Assembly: GCA_963775425.1 (NCBI GenBank)
Contig: CAVZJB010000003.1
Location: 320,001 to 384,000, forward strand
Source of the DNA: an uncultured delta proteobacterium
GTDB lineage: Bacteria; Myxococcota; UBA727; VGSZ01
DNA length: 64,000 bases
Direction: 5' to 3'
Shown here: positions 1 to 8,229 of the stretch, one piece after another
Numbering within the stretch: the first letter of the stretch is position 1
Layout: each line of letters opens with the position of its first letter
Notes under the pieces: model-generated
The model's input: the letters and a program-made list of their open reading frames with translations, nothing else
What the model was told of the DNA's origin: nothing
Database searches by the model: none
Translations under genes and position numbers: made by a program

Positions 1-574
1 CATCCTCATCATCGCGCCCATGCTGGCGCCGATGGCGATGGCGATGGGCGTCGACCCCATCCACATGGGGATCGTCTTCATCGTGAACCTCGAGCTCGGC
101 TACATGACGCCGCCGGTGGGGCTCAACCTCTACGTCGCGTCCACGCTGTTTCAAAAGAGCCTGGGCTTCGTCATCCGCGCGGTGGTCCCCACGCTCATCA
201 TCATGATGGTGTCCCTCGGCTGCATCACGTGGTTCCCACAGCTCTCGTTGGCCCTCGTGGAGGCCGTCCACGCTCCGTCGACGGCGCCGCCGGTGTCGAC
301 GTCGACGCCGGCCGACGCCGGCACCGTCGTCGACGCGGGGCCGCCGCGGGTGAAGAGCCTCGCCGAGCTCATGGCCGAGATGAAGGCGAACAAGCCCGCC
401 GCCGCCGGCGCCGTCGTCGACGCGGGGCCGCCGCGGGTGAAGAGCCTGGCCGAGCTCATGGCCGAGCAGAAGGCGCGCATGGCCGCGGACGTGGACGCGG
501 GCGCGGCCGCGGGCGTGGCCGACGCAGGCGCGGCCGCCGACGCGGGCGTGGCAGACGGAGGCGCCGCCCCCTGA
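1..574 (+). CDS. dctM: TRAP transporter large permease (DctM), 5'-truncated by the window, with a low-complexity repeated C-terminal tail
   Basis: GVDPIHMGIVFIVNLELGYMTPPVGLNLYVAS is the typical DctM C-terminal motif, followed by hydrophobic helices. Confidence 0.85.
   Translation, partial: ILIIAPMLAPMAMAMGVDPIHMGIVFIVNLELGYMTPPVGLNLYVASTLFQKSLGFVIRAVVPTLIIMMVSLGCITWFPQLSLALVEAVHAPSTAPPVSTSTPADAGTVVDAGPPRVKSLAELMAEMKANKPAAAGAVVDAGPPRVKSLAELMAEQKARMAADVDAGAAAGVADAGAAADAGVADGGAAP
317..466 (+). repeat. Two-copy direct repeat (63-bp unit, 87-bp period) encoding AG.VVDAGPPRVKSLAELMAE
   Basis: 317-379 and 404-466 are nearly identical. Confidence 0.85.
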
Positions 575-700
575 TCGTGGCGGGCGGCCCCCGTGCGTCG
601 CGGCGACCGGTGTCCGCCTGCGGTCGTCGGCCATCCCGCGCGGGTGATCGTGCGCTGTGGCGGATCGGCCGGCGGCCGGCGGCCTGCTACAGTCCCGGCG

Positions 701-1177
701 ATGCTCCGCTGGCTGGCGCTCACCGCTCTCCTGTCGTCGACGACCATCCCGACGTTCACGCCGCGTCAGCTCGTCGACAGGAGCGACCTCGTCGCCCGCG
801 TCGTCGTTCGTTCGCACGAGAGCGCGTGGGTGGGCCGGAAGATCCTGACGTTCTACGACCTCGACGTCGTCGACGCGTGGAGCTCGCATGACCCGCAGGC
901 CCCGCGCCGCGCGCTCGTCGCCATGCCCGGGGGCATCGTCGGCGCGCTCGGCCAGGCGGTGCCGGGCACGCCCGTCCTCGAGGACGCGCACGCCTACGTC
1001 CTGTGCATGAGCCGCGGCGTCGGCCCCCGCGGCGCCCGCGCCGTCATCGGGCTGTGGCAGGGCGTCTGGGCGATCGACCAGGCCGGCGCGCTCCATGGCT
1101 TCACGCACGCCGGCCCCGACGTCGACACGCTCCCCCTCGACGCCCTGCGCGCGCGCCTCCTCGAGGCCGCCCCGTGA
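701..1177 (+). CDS. Secreted hypothetical protein, partner of the downstream metalloprotease
   Basis: ATG at 701, signal-peptide-like MLRWLALTALL, internal PGG.VG motif; stop overlaps the next GTG (GTGA). Confidence 0.65.
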   Translation: MLRWLALTALLSSTTIPTFTPRQLVDRSDLVARVVVRSHESAWVGRKILTFYDLDVVDAWSSHDPQAPRRALVAMPGGIVGALGQAVPGTPVLEDAHAYVLCMSRGVGPRGARAVIGLWQGVWAIDQAGALHGFTHAGPDVDTLPLDALRARLLEAAP

Positions 1178-2079
1178 CCCGGCGCGCGCCGCTGACGGCG
1201 TTCGTCGTGGCGGTGACGTGCGCGGCGCTGGCCCCGGCGGCGCACGCGTTCAACTGCACGCGGGTGGGCAGCGACGGACCGAGCCTGTTCTGGCGCGAGC
1301 GGCGGGTCGTGCTCCAGCGCAGCGGCGCGGGGCACGAGGTCGACGCCGCCCAGATCGACGGCGTCATGCAGCGCGCCGCCGACACCTGGACCGCGATCGA
1401 TTGCTCCGACGTCGAGGAGACCGTCGGCGCGCCCACCACGGACCCCCTCGCGGGCTTCGATTGGGCCGCGGGCGCCGGCAGCCCCAAGAACCACAACATC
1501 GTCGTCTTCAGGGACGACGACCCCCAGGACCCCATCGACGCCTGGGAGCACGAGCTCGGGGCCCTCGCCATCACCACGGTGACCTTCGAGAGCAACGAGG
1601 GCCGGTTGCTCGACGCCGACGTCGAGGTCAACGACGCTGGCTTCTCGTTCACGGCGTGCGATCCCGCGGACTGCCAGCCGCAGTTCGACCTCGAAAACAC
1701 GCTCACGCACGAATTCGGTCACGTGCTCGGCCTCGATCACACCGACGTCGCCGAGGCCACGATGTTCCCGTCGGCGCCGGAGGGCGACCTCAGCAAGCGC
1801 AGCCTCGCCGAAGACGACATCGACGCGGTCTGCACCATCTACCCGGCCGGCGCCGACATCGGGGAGTGCTACGGCGTCGCCCGCAGCGCGCCGCCGCGTG
1901 TGCGCTTCTCGCCGACATTCTGCGGCCAGGGCCCGGCGAGCGCCCCGATCGCCGCCTGCTGGGGCCTGCTGGCCGTGATCCGCTTCCGGCGCAATCGGGC
2001 AATTGCGCGACGGGCCCACCCAAGATCCTGTAGGCTCGACGACGACGATGTCCGTCTTGCAGATCTTCCGGGGCGATGA
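1174..2079 (+). CDS. Matrixin (M10-like) zinc metalloprotease with a MYXO-CTERM-like tail
   Basis: Signal peptide, HEFGHVLGLDH zinc motif, Met-turn ATMFP, C-terminal C..hydrophobic..RFRRNR. Confidence 0.8.
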   Translation: MTRRAPLTAFVVAVTCAALAPAAHAFNCTRVGSDGPSLFWRERRVVLQRSGAGHEVDAAQIDGVMQRAADTWTAIDCSDVEETVGAPTTDPLAGFDWAAGAGSPKNHNIVVFRDDDPQDPIDAWEHELGALAITTVTFESNEGRLLDADVEVNDAGFSFTACDPADCQPQFDLENTLTHEFGHVLGLDHTDVAEATMFPSAPEGDLSKRSLAEDDIDAVCTIYPAGADIGECYGVARSAPPRVRFSPTFCGQGPASAPIAACWGLLAVIRFRRNRAIARRAHPRSCRLDDDDVRLADLPGR

Positions 2080-3754
2080 GTTCCTGGAGGAGGTCGTCCT
2101 GAGCCGCGCCGTGATGGGGCTCGGACGCCATCCCCAGAACGACATCGTCCTCGACGACCGCTCCCTCTCCCGCTTCCACGCTCGCGTGGAGCGGCGCGGC
2201 GATCGCTTTGTCGTCGTCGACTGCGGCGCACAAAACGGCGTCCACCTCAACGGCGAGCGCGTCGTCGGTGAGAGCGACCTCGCGCCGGGCGACCGCATCA
2301 CGCTCGGGCGCTACATCGCCGTCTTCGACAGCAGCGGGCGCGTGGAGCCCGCGCCCAAGTACGACCTCAACCGGCCGCTCAAGAGCGGCACGCCGAGGTC
2401 GACGTCGCTCGACGCCGATCTCGAGGCGCTCGAGGTCGACGTGGACATCAACCTCGACGACGACAACGACCAGACCAAGAGGGCCAAGCACAAGGAGCTC
2501 CTCGAAGACGACTTCGACAAGACCGCCAAGAAGAAGCCCGAGCCCACGCTCGTGCTCCTGTTCAACGGCATGGAGGTGAGCCGCCACCCGGTGTCCCAGG
2601 GCGGGCTCACCATCGGGCGGAGCAAGCAGTGTGACGTCGTCATCAGCCTGCTCGGCCTCTCCCGCAAGCACGCCCAGATCCGGCGGGTGAAGGACGCGGT
2701 CTCCGTCGAGGATCTCGGCAGCCAGAACGGCACCTGGGTCAACAACCAGCGCATCCAGGGGCAGCGCCGCCTCAAGCACGGCGACCTCCTGAACTTCTAC
2801 GACTACGCGGTGCTGTTCCTCGAAGACGGCGACGTCGACGTCGGCTTCCCCGGCGGGACCTTTCCGCAGCCGGGCGACACCGACGCCGCGGCGGCCGACG
2901 AGCTCGAGAGCCGCGAGACCAACCGCAGCGCCCCGGTGCCCGGGTCCAAGGCGCGGCCGCCCACGGCGCGCAGCCCCGTCCCCATCGCCGACAGCGCGCA
3001 CTCGAGCTCGCCCGCGCCGAGCCGTCCGGCGTCGGCGCGCCACAACGGCCACGGCCGCGCGGCCGCGGGCGGCGCCGGCGTCGACATGGCGTCGGCGTCG
3101 GAGCTCGTGGACCTCGGTGAGGGCAGCTTCCTCGGCGAGGAGTTCGACCACGAGGCCAACGCCAAGAAGCAGCAGGTCTCGAGCTCGCTCCTCGACGAGG
3201 AGGCGCTCGACGACATCGGGCTCGACGACGACGAAGTCATCGGCAACAAGACCAACGCCACCGACATCGTCAAAGACATCGGCCTCGACAGCGCGTTCAA
3301 GAACGAGGACCTCGACGCCGGCGGCTTCGACGGCATGTCGGGCACCGAGGGCGACCAGGAGAAGTTCGACGACCGCACGTCGTCGAGCATCCGCAGCGGC
3401 GGCCGCGCCTGGGCCACCGACGACGAGGTGTTGCGCGCGCTCAGCAACTCGCCCGACAGCGTGATGGCCACGCTCGAGGTGCAGCTCGGCGGCAAGCCCT
3501 ACACGCAGATGCCGCTGTCGCAGACGGTGACCCGCGTGGGAACCGACGCGCGCTGCGAGCTCTCGCTGCCCAAGTCCTCGGGCCTCATGGCGTGGCACCT
3601 CACGCTCCTGCACATGGGCGGCACCGTGGTGCTCTACCGCGCCGCCCGCGCCGGCCGCATCCAGCTCGCCGAGACCGACGTCGACATGGCCATCGCCAAG
3701 GACGGCGACATGCTCGACCTCGGCAAGGTGAAGCTGAAGATCCGCCTCAAGTAG
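2048..3754 (+). CDS. Multi-FHA-domain protein with acidic linkers
   Basis: Two clear FHA motifs (LGR..SRFHA..NG; IGR..SRKHA..GSQNGT) and a degenerate third FHA-like domain at the C-terminus. Confidence 0.85.
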   Translation: MSVLQIFRGDEFLEEVVLSRAVMGLGRHPQNDIVLDDRSLSRFHARVERRGDRFVVVDCGAQNGVHLNGERVVGESDLAPGDRITLGRYIAVFDSSGRVEPAPKYDLNRPLKSGTPRSTSLDADLEALEVDVDINLDDDNDQTKRAKHKELLEDDFDKTAKKKPEPTLVLLFNGMEVSRHPVSQGGLTIGRSKQCDVVISLLGLSRKHAQIRRVKDAVSVEDLGSQNGTWVNNQRIQGQRRLKHGDLLNFYDYAVLFLEDGDVDVGFPGGTFPQPGDTDAAAADELESRETNRSAPVPGSKARPPTARSPVPIADSAHSSSPAPSRPASARHNGHGRAAAGGAGVDMASASELVDLGEGSFLGEEFDHEANAKKQQVSSSLLDEEALDDIGLDDDEVIGNKTNATDIVKDIGLDSAFKNEDLDAGGFDGMSGTEGDQEKFDDRTSSSIRSGGRAWATDDEVLRALSNSPDSVMATLEVQLGGKPYTQMPLSQTVTRVGTDARCELSLPKSSGLMAWHLTLLHMGGTVVLYRAARAGRIQLAETDVDMAIAKDGDMLDLGKVKLKIRLK

Positions 3755-3774
3755 GGCGGGGGCTTGTCCCCCGC
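3751..3774 (+). repeat. GTAG-type REP-like palindrome or hairpin
   Basis: GTAG-G-GCGGGGG-CTTGT-CCCCCGC: GTAG tetranucleotide followed by a 7-bp stem. Confidence 0.45.
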
Positions 3775-3783
3775 TTCGGGGTT

Positions 3784-3861
3784 CGGCGCTCCGGCGCTCC
3801 GGCGCTTCGGCGCTCCGGCGCTCCGGCGCTCCGGCGCTCCGGCGCTCCGGCGCTCCGGCGC
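3784..3861 (+). repeat. Intergenic 8-bp tandem repeat (CGGCGCTC) x9 plus a partial unit
   Basis: Read directly from the sequence; one unit is CGGCGCTT; lies between convergent genes. Confidence 0.95.
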
Positions 3862-3865
3862 GTCG

Positions 3866-4618
3866 TCACCGGCGGTTCATGCGCGCCCACAGCTCTTCGC
3901 GGGTGAACAGGCCGCGCTGCACGCACAGCTCGATGAGGGTGGCCAGCATCTCGTTGGCCTGGCGCAACTGCTCTTCGAGCGACGCCGGCTGCGGGTAGCC
4001 CGTGGGCGGGGCGACGCCCGGGCTCGTGCGCGGGGGAGCGGCGAAGGCGAGCTCCGCGAGCGGCGTGGAGGCGCGGTTGGGCGCCGGCGGCATGCTCGGC
4101 CGCAACGACGGCGCCTGCTCGATCACGGGTGCGCCGTTGGGCACCGACGACAGGTCGCGGCGCAGGCGCGGTGGAGGGCAGGGCGCTCGATCGCTGTAGT
4201 AGTAGGTGCGGATGGCCCACGTGACCTCGCGCGCGGGCGCGAGCACGGTCTTCACCTTGAGGCCGGTGCGGAACGCGACCTCGTCGAGGGCGCCGATGTT
4301 GTTCGGGTCGCTGGTGGCGACGGTGATGGACCGCTCGTCGCGCAGCACCGGGAAGATGTCGAGCTTCTCGCAGGTCTCCCGCGCGATGAGCGGCAGGACG
4401 TCCGGCGGGATGACCAGGTCGGGGAGCGCGACCAGCGGCACGTCGAGCTGCTTGCTGAGCCCGAGCCACAACATCATCTCGTCGAGCACGCCCTGGTCGA
4501 CGAGGATATCGCCGAGCTTGCCGCCCCACTGCTTCTGCTGCGCGAGGGCGGAGGTGAGCTGCATCTCGTCGATGAGCCCCGCCTTCACGAGCATGTCTCC
4601 GATCCGCATGCGCGGCAT
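3866..4618 (-). CDS. Stand-alone MshEN/T2SSE_N domain protein (putative c-di-GMP receptor)
   Basis: RIGDMLVKAGLIDEMQLTSALAQQ...KLGDILVDQGVLDE tandem MshEN motif; no ATPase domain. Confidence 0.8.
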   Translation of the reverse strand: MPRMRIGDMLVKAGLIDEMQLTSALAQQKQWGGKLGDILVDQGVLDEMMLWLGLSKQLDVPLVALPDLVIPPDVLPLIARETCEKLDIFPVLRDERSITVATSDPNNIGALDEVAFRTGLKVKTVLAPAREVTWAIRTYYYSDRAPCPPPRLRRDLSSVPNGAPVIEQAPSLRPSMPPAPNRASTPLAELAFAAPPRTSPGVAPPTGYPQPASLEEQLRQANEMLATLIELCVQRGLFTREELWARMNRR

Positions 4619-4694
4619 GCCCCACATTAGCGCCGCCCGCCGGCGCTGCCCAAAAGTTGTGTGCGCCGGCCCGAGACGGAACACTCGCGGCCGC

Positions 4695-5723
4695 TTGGCC
4701 GTCTACACGCACCTCGACGAAGGGGCGCTGCGCGCGCTCTGGTCCGTCTATGACGACGACGCCGAGCTCGTGCGCGCCGACGGCATCCCGCACGGCAGCA
4801 TCAACACCACGTACCGGCTGAGCACCGAAGCCGGCGTCTACTACCTCCGCATCAACGAGGAGAAGACCACGGGCGAGGTGCTCTACGAGCGCGACCTGCT
4901 GGACGTCCTGCACGCCGCGCGCCTCGAGGGCGTGGTCACGCCGGTGATTCGCCGCACGCGCATCGGCGGCAGCTTCTTCCTCGTCGCGCGGCGGCCGAGC
5001 GGCCCGGTGTGGGCCGCGATCTTCCCCGAGCTGCCCGGCCGCGACCTCGGCGTCTTCGAGGTCACCGCCGCGCACACCGCCCAGCTCGGCGCGTTCCTCG
5101 CGCGCGCCCACCGCGCGCTGCGTGGCTTTCACGGCGGCCGCAGGAACCCCTACGGCGTCCCCGTCGTCGACAGGTGGCTCGCCGACCTCGACCGCCTCGC
5201 GCTGCCGGAGCTGGCGGCGGTCACCGGGCGGCTCGCCGGCGCGCTCGAGACCGTGCGGCGCCGGCGCCGCCTGCTGCCGCACGGCGTGGTGCACGGTGAC
5301 CTCTTCGTCGACAACACGAAGTGGCACCAGGGCCGCCTCGCCGCCGTGTTCGACTGGGAGATGGCCGGCCGTGACCACCTCGCCCTCGACCTCGCCGTGT
5401 GCCTGCACGCCTGGTGCTGGCGTCCGACCGAGGGCGACTTCGACGTCGACAGCGCGCGCGCGCTCGTCGACGCCTATCAGTCCGTGCGTCGCCTGCGCGA
5501 CAGCGAGCGGCGAGGGTTCTTCGTCGAGGTGCTCTTTGCGGCCGTGCGCTTCACGGCGTCGCGGGTGCGGGACTTCGAGGTGCCCGCCGGCGCCGGCGGC
5601 CGCGCGAAGAACGTCGGTGACGCGGAACGCACGGTCCTCGACTACCGGGACTTTCTGCGGCGGCTCGACGCGTTGGAGTCCATGGGCGAGAGTCGTCTTC
5701 GCAAAATGGTGGGCCTCGCGTGA
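4695..5723 (+). CDS. thrB: Homoserine kinase type II (APH fold)
   Basis: TTG start, (M)AVYTHL, G.INTTY, HGDLFVDN and VFDWE motifs. Confidence 0.75.
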   Translation: MAVYTHLDEGALRALWSVYDDDAELVRADGIPHGSINTTYRLSTEAGVYYLRINEEKTTGEVLYERDLLDVLHAARLEGVVTPVIRRTRIGGSFFLVARRPSGPVWAAIFPELPGRDLGVFEVTAAHTAQLGAFLARAHRALRGFHGGRRNPYGVPVVDRWLADLDRLALPELAAVTGRLAGALETVRRRRRLLPHGVVHGDLFVDNTKWHQGRLAAVFDWEMAGRDHLALDLAVCLHAWCWRPTEGDFDVDSARALVDAYQSVRRLRDSERRGFFVEVLFAAVRFTASRVRDFEVPAGAGGRAKNVGDAERTVLDYRDFLRRLDALESMGESRLRKMVGLA

Positions 5724-6679
5724 TCCCGTCCCTGCTCCTCCTCCTGCTCGCTCCGCCGCCGGCCGCCGCGCCGCCGGCGGCCACCGCGCCGGCCGCACCG
5801 CCGGAGGCGCTCCTCGACGTCGACTGGGGCGACGGCCTCGAGACCGGCCGCATCGCGAAGATCGACGTGAAGGGCCCGGCGAAGATCACGAAGCTGCGCG
5901 GCACGCTGGCCAAGGAGGACGTCATTGCGCTGGCGGCCTCCGACGACGGCCGCGCGTGGATCGTGCTCGGCCCCGTGGACATCGAGCGCAAGGCAAAGCC
6001 GGTGCCCCTGGTGCTCGACGCCGTCCTCGACGACGGCAGAGAGGTGCACTTCGCCAAGCCGGCGCCCGTGATCGAGGCGCCGTACCCGGAGTCTCACATC
6101 ACCGTGGCGCGCAAGTTCGTGACGCCGTCGCGGGCGCAGCGACGGCGGGCGACCCGGGAGGCGCGCGTGATGACGGCGGCGATGGCGCACCCGAGCAGCG
6201 AGCGCTTGTGGCGCGGCTCCTTCGCCCGCCCGGTGCCCGGCCCGCAGACGTCTGCGTTCGGCACCAAGCGCACCTACGCCAGCGACCACAACAAGAAGAA
6301 GTACAACCGCCACTACGGCTGGGACCTCGACGGCAGCATCGGGGACCCCATCAGCGCCTCCAACCGCGGGCGCGTGGTGCTCGCCGCCAACCGCTTCTAC
6401 TCCGGCGGCACCGTCATCCTCGACCACGGCGAGGGCCTCTACACGCTCTACTTCCACATGTCGCGCATCGACGTGAAGGAGGGCGACGTCGTCGAGAAAG
6501 GCCAGGGCCTCGGCGCGGTGGGCGCGTCCGGGCAGGTGACGGGCCCGCACCTGCACTTCGCCGTGAAATTCGACGGGCTCTACCAGGACGCCCGCTACCT
6601 GGTCGATCTCGACCTGTCGCACGACGCCGTCGACCCGCCGCTGACGGCGGCGGCCTCCGCCGGAGCTCCGTCGCCATGA
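5720..6679 (+). CDS. M23 family metallopeptidase
   Basis: HYGWD, YFHMS and TGPHLHF motifs; signal peptide. Confidence 0.9.
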   Translation: MIPSLLLLLLAPPPAAAPPAATAPAAPPEALLDVDWGDGLETGRIAKIDVKGPAKITKLRGTLAKEDVIALAASDDGRAWIVLGPVDIERKAKPVPLVLDAVLDDGREVHFAKPAPVIEAPYPESHITVARKFVTPSRAQRRRATREARVMTAAMAHPSSERLWRGSFARPVPGPQTSAFGTKRTYASDHNKKKYNRHYGWDLDGSIGDPISASNRGRVVLAANRFYSGGTVILDHGEGLYTLYFHMSRIDVKEGDVVEKGQGLGAVGASGQVTGPHLHFAVKFDGLYQDARYLVDLDLSHDAVDPPLTAAASAGAPSP

Positions 6680-7068
6680 CCACGATCGACGACCGCATCA
6701 AAAACGCCACCACCGCGCGCGGCCCCTGGACGCTGGCGCAGGTCTTTTCGCACTGCGCGCAGAGCATCGAGTACTCGCTCACCGGCTATCCCAAGCCCGC
6801 CGCGTGGCCGGTGCGCGCCCTGTTCGGCCCCATGGTCATGAAGAAGTTCCTGCGCCGGGGCTTCATGAAGCACAAGCTCGACGCGCCCGTCCCCGGCGCG
6901 CCCGCCCTCGACGACACCGACGTCGAGCGCGCCCGCGCCCGCCTGCTGAGTGCCTTCGAGACCTTCCGCGCCGCGTCGACGACGGCGCCCCACTTCGCCT
7001 ACGGCCCCGTCAGCCACGCCGACTACGCCCGCCTCCACGAGATGCACATCGCCGACCACCTCGGCTGA
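6676..7068 (+). CDS. DUF1569/DinB-like protein
   Basis: WTLAQVFSHCAQSIEYSLTGYP...PHFAYG...LHEMHIADH. Confidence 0.75.
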   Translation: MTTIDDRIKNATTARGPWTLAQVFSHCAQSIEYSLTGYPKPAAWPVRALFGPMVMKKFLRRGFMKHKLDAPVPGAPALDDTDVERARARLLSAFETFRAASTTAPHFAYGPVSHADYARLHEMHIADHLG

Positions 7069-7086
7069 CGGGGGGCGCCCCCGTCA
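7066..7086. terminator. GC-rich hairpin between convergent genes
   Basis: TGACGGGGG-GCG-CCCCCGTCA 9-bp inverted repeat; no U tract. Confidence 0.4.
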
Positions 7087-7103
7087 TCGGTGGCGTCGCC
7101 GGC

Positions 7104-7709
7104 TCACCCGCCCTGCAGCCGCGACAAGCCGTCCCACAGCTCGGCAGCGTCGAGGAACAGCAGGCTCACGTCGCCGAGCTCGACGACGTCGCCCGACGTC
7201 AAGCGCAGTCGGGCGCCCTTGTTGCCGTTGACGGAGACGCCGTTTTGCGAGCCGAGGTCGACGAGCGTGAAGGCGCCGCCCTCCTCGAGCAGCTTCGCGT
7301 GTCGCTTGCTGACGCTGCGCTCGGCGACGCAGACGTCGGCGGCCTTGTCGCGCCCGATGACCGCCTCGCGCCCGGCGGGCACCACGTGGAGGGTGGCCCG
7401 GCCGCGCGCCGCCGGCACCGAGAGCTTGAACGTGGGGCCGGTGAGGGTGGAGGCGTCGGTGGCCTCGGGGGGGATGACCTCCTTGGTGCGGTCGAGGAAC
7501 ACGTCCTCGTCGCTGGAGGGCACGTCGACGGGCAACGGCAGGCCGGAACCGTGAAACGCCCAGGGCGCCGGCTCGTCCTCGCCGCCGCGCTCGTCGAGGC
7601 GGACGAGGACGGCGACGCCGGGCAACGCCTCGAGGAACTGCTTCTTGTCGTACGCCGCTCGCGCCTGCGCGTAACGCTCGACCGGCCCCGACCGCGGAAG
7701 GGTGCTCAC
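7104..7709 (-). CDS. FHA domain protein
   Basis: IGRD..SVSKRHA..LGSQNG; GTG start overlaps the upstream stop. Confidence 0.8.
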   Translation of the reverse strand: MSTLPRSGPVERYAQARAAYDKKQFLEALPGVAVLVRLDERGGEDEPAPWAFHGSGLPLPVDVPSSDEDVFLDRTKEVIPPEATDASTLTGPTFKLSVPAARGRATLHVVPAGREAVIGRDKAADVCVAERSVSKRHAKLLEEGGAFTLVDLGSQNGVSVNGNKGARLRLTSGDVVELGDVSLLFLDAAELWDGLSRLQGG

Positions 7710-8188
7710 AGACCCGAGGCTATCAGGAAGCTGTCGTCGGTCTTTCTGAGCACGAGCCGGTTCACGTCCGTGAGCGAGATCCAGCGCTCGCCGGCGGGGA
7801 GGTCCACCAGCGCGCGCTCGTTGTAGCGGTAGGCGACCTTCACCGTGCCGTCGTCCTTGTCCGGGCGGACGATCTGCTGCACCACGAGCGACAGCTCGAT
7901 CTGCTTGGTGCGCGCGAAGTCGGCGGTGAGCTTGGCGCGCAGCTTGTCGATGCCGTAGTCGTCGGCCTGGTCGACGGTGCCGTTGTCCTCGAAGTAGTCC
8001 TTGGCGCAGAGGCCGACGACGGCGTCGGGGCTCTTCTCCATGATGGCCTGCCGGTACTTGGCGAGGAACTCGATGACCCGCCGGTTCTCCGGCGTGTCCT
8101 CGACGTTGGTGCCGGGGATCATCGCCGTCTTGCACGCGGAGAAGGCGAGCAAAGGGGCGAGGAGGGCTGCTGCGAGAGCGATGCGCAT
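7706..8188 (-). CDS. Lipoprotein, NTF2-like hypothetical protein
   Basis: Lipobox FSAC after a hydrophobic signal peptide; DYFEDNGT motif. Confidence 0.7.
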   Translation of the reverse strand: MRIALAAALLAPLLAFSACKTAMIPGTNVEDTPENRRVIEFLAKYRQAIMEKSPDAVVGLCAKDYFEDNGTVDQADDYGIDKLRAKLTADFARTKQIELSLVVQQIVRPDKDDGTVKVAYRYNERALVDLPAGERWISLTDVNRLVLRKTDDSFLIASGL

Positions 8189-8229
8189 GGGGTTTGCCTA
8201 TAAAGCACGCGGGGGCGGCCGTCGATTCC

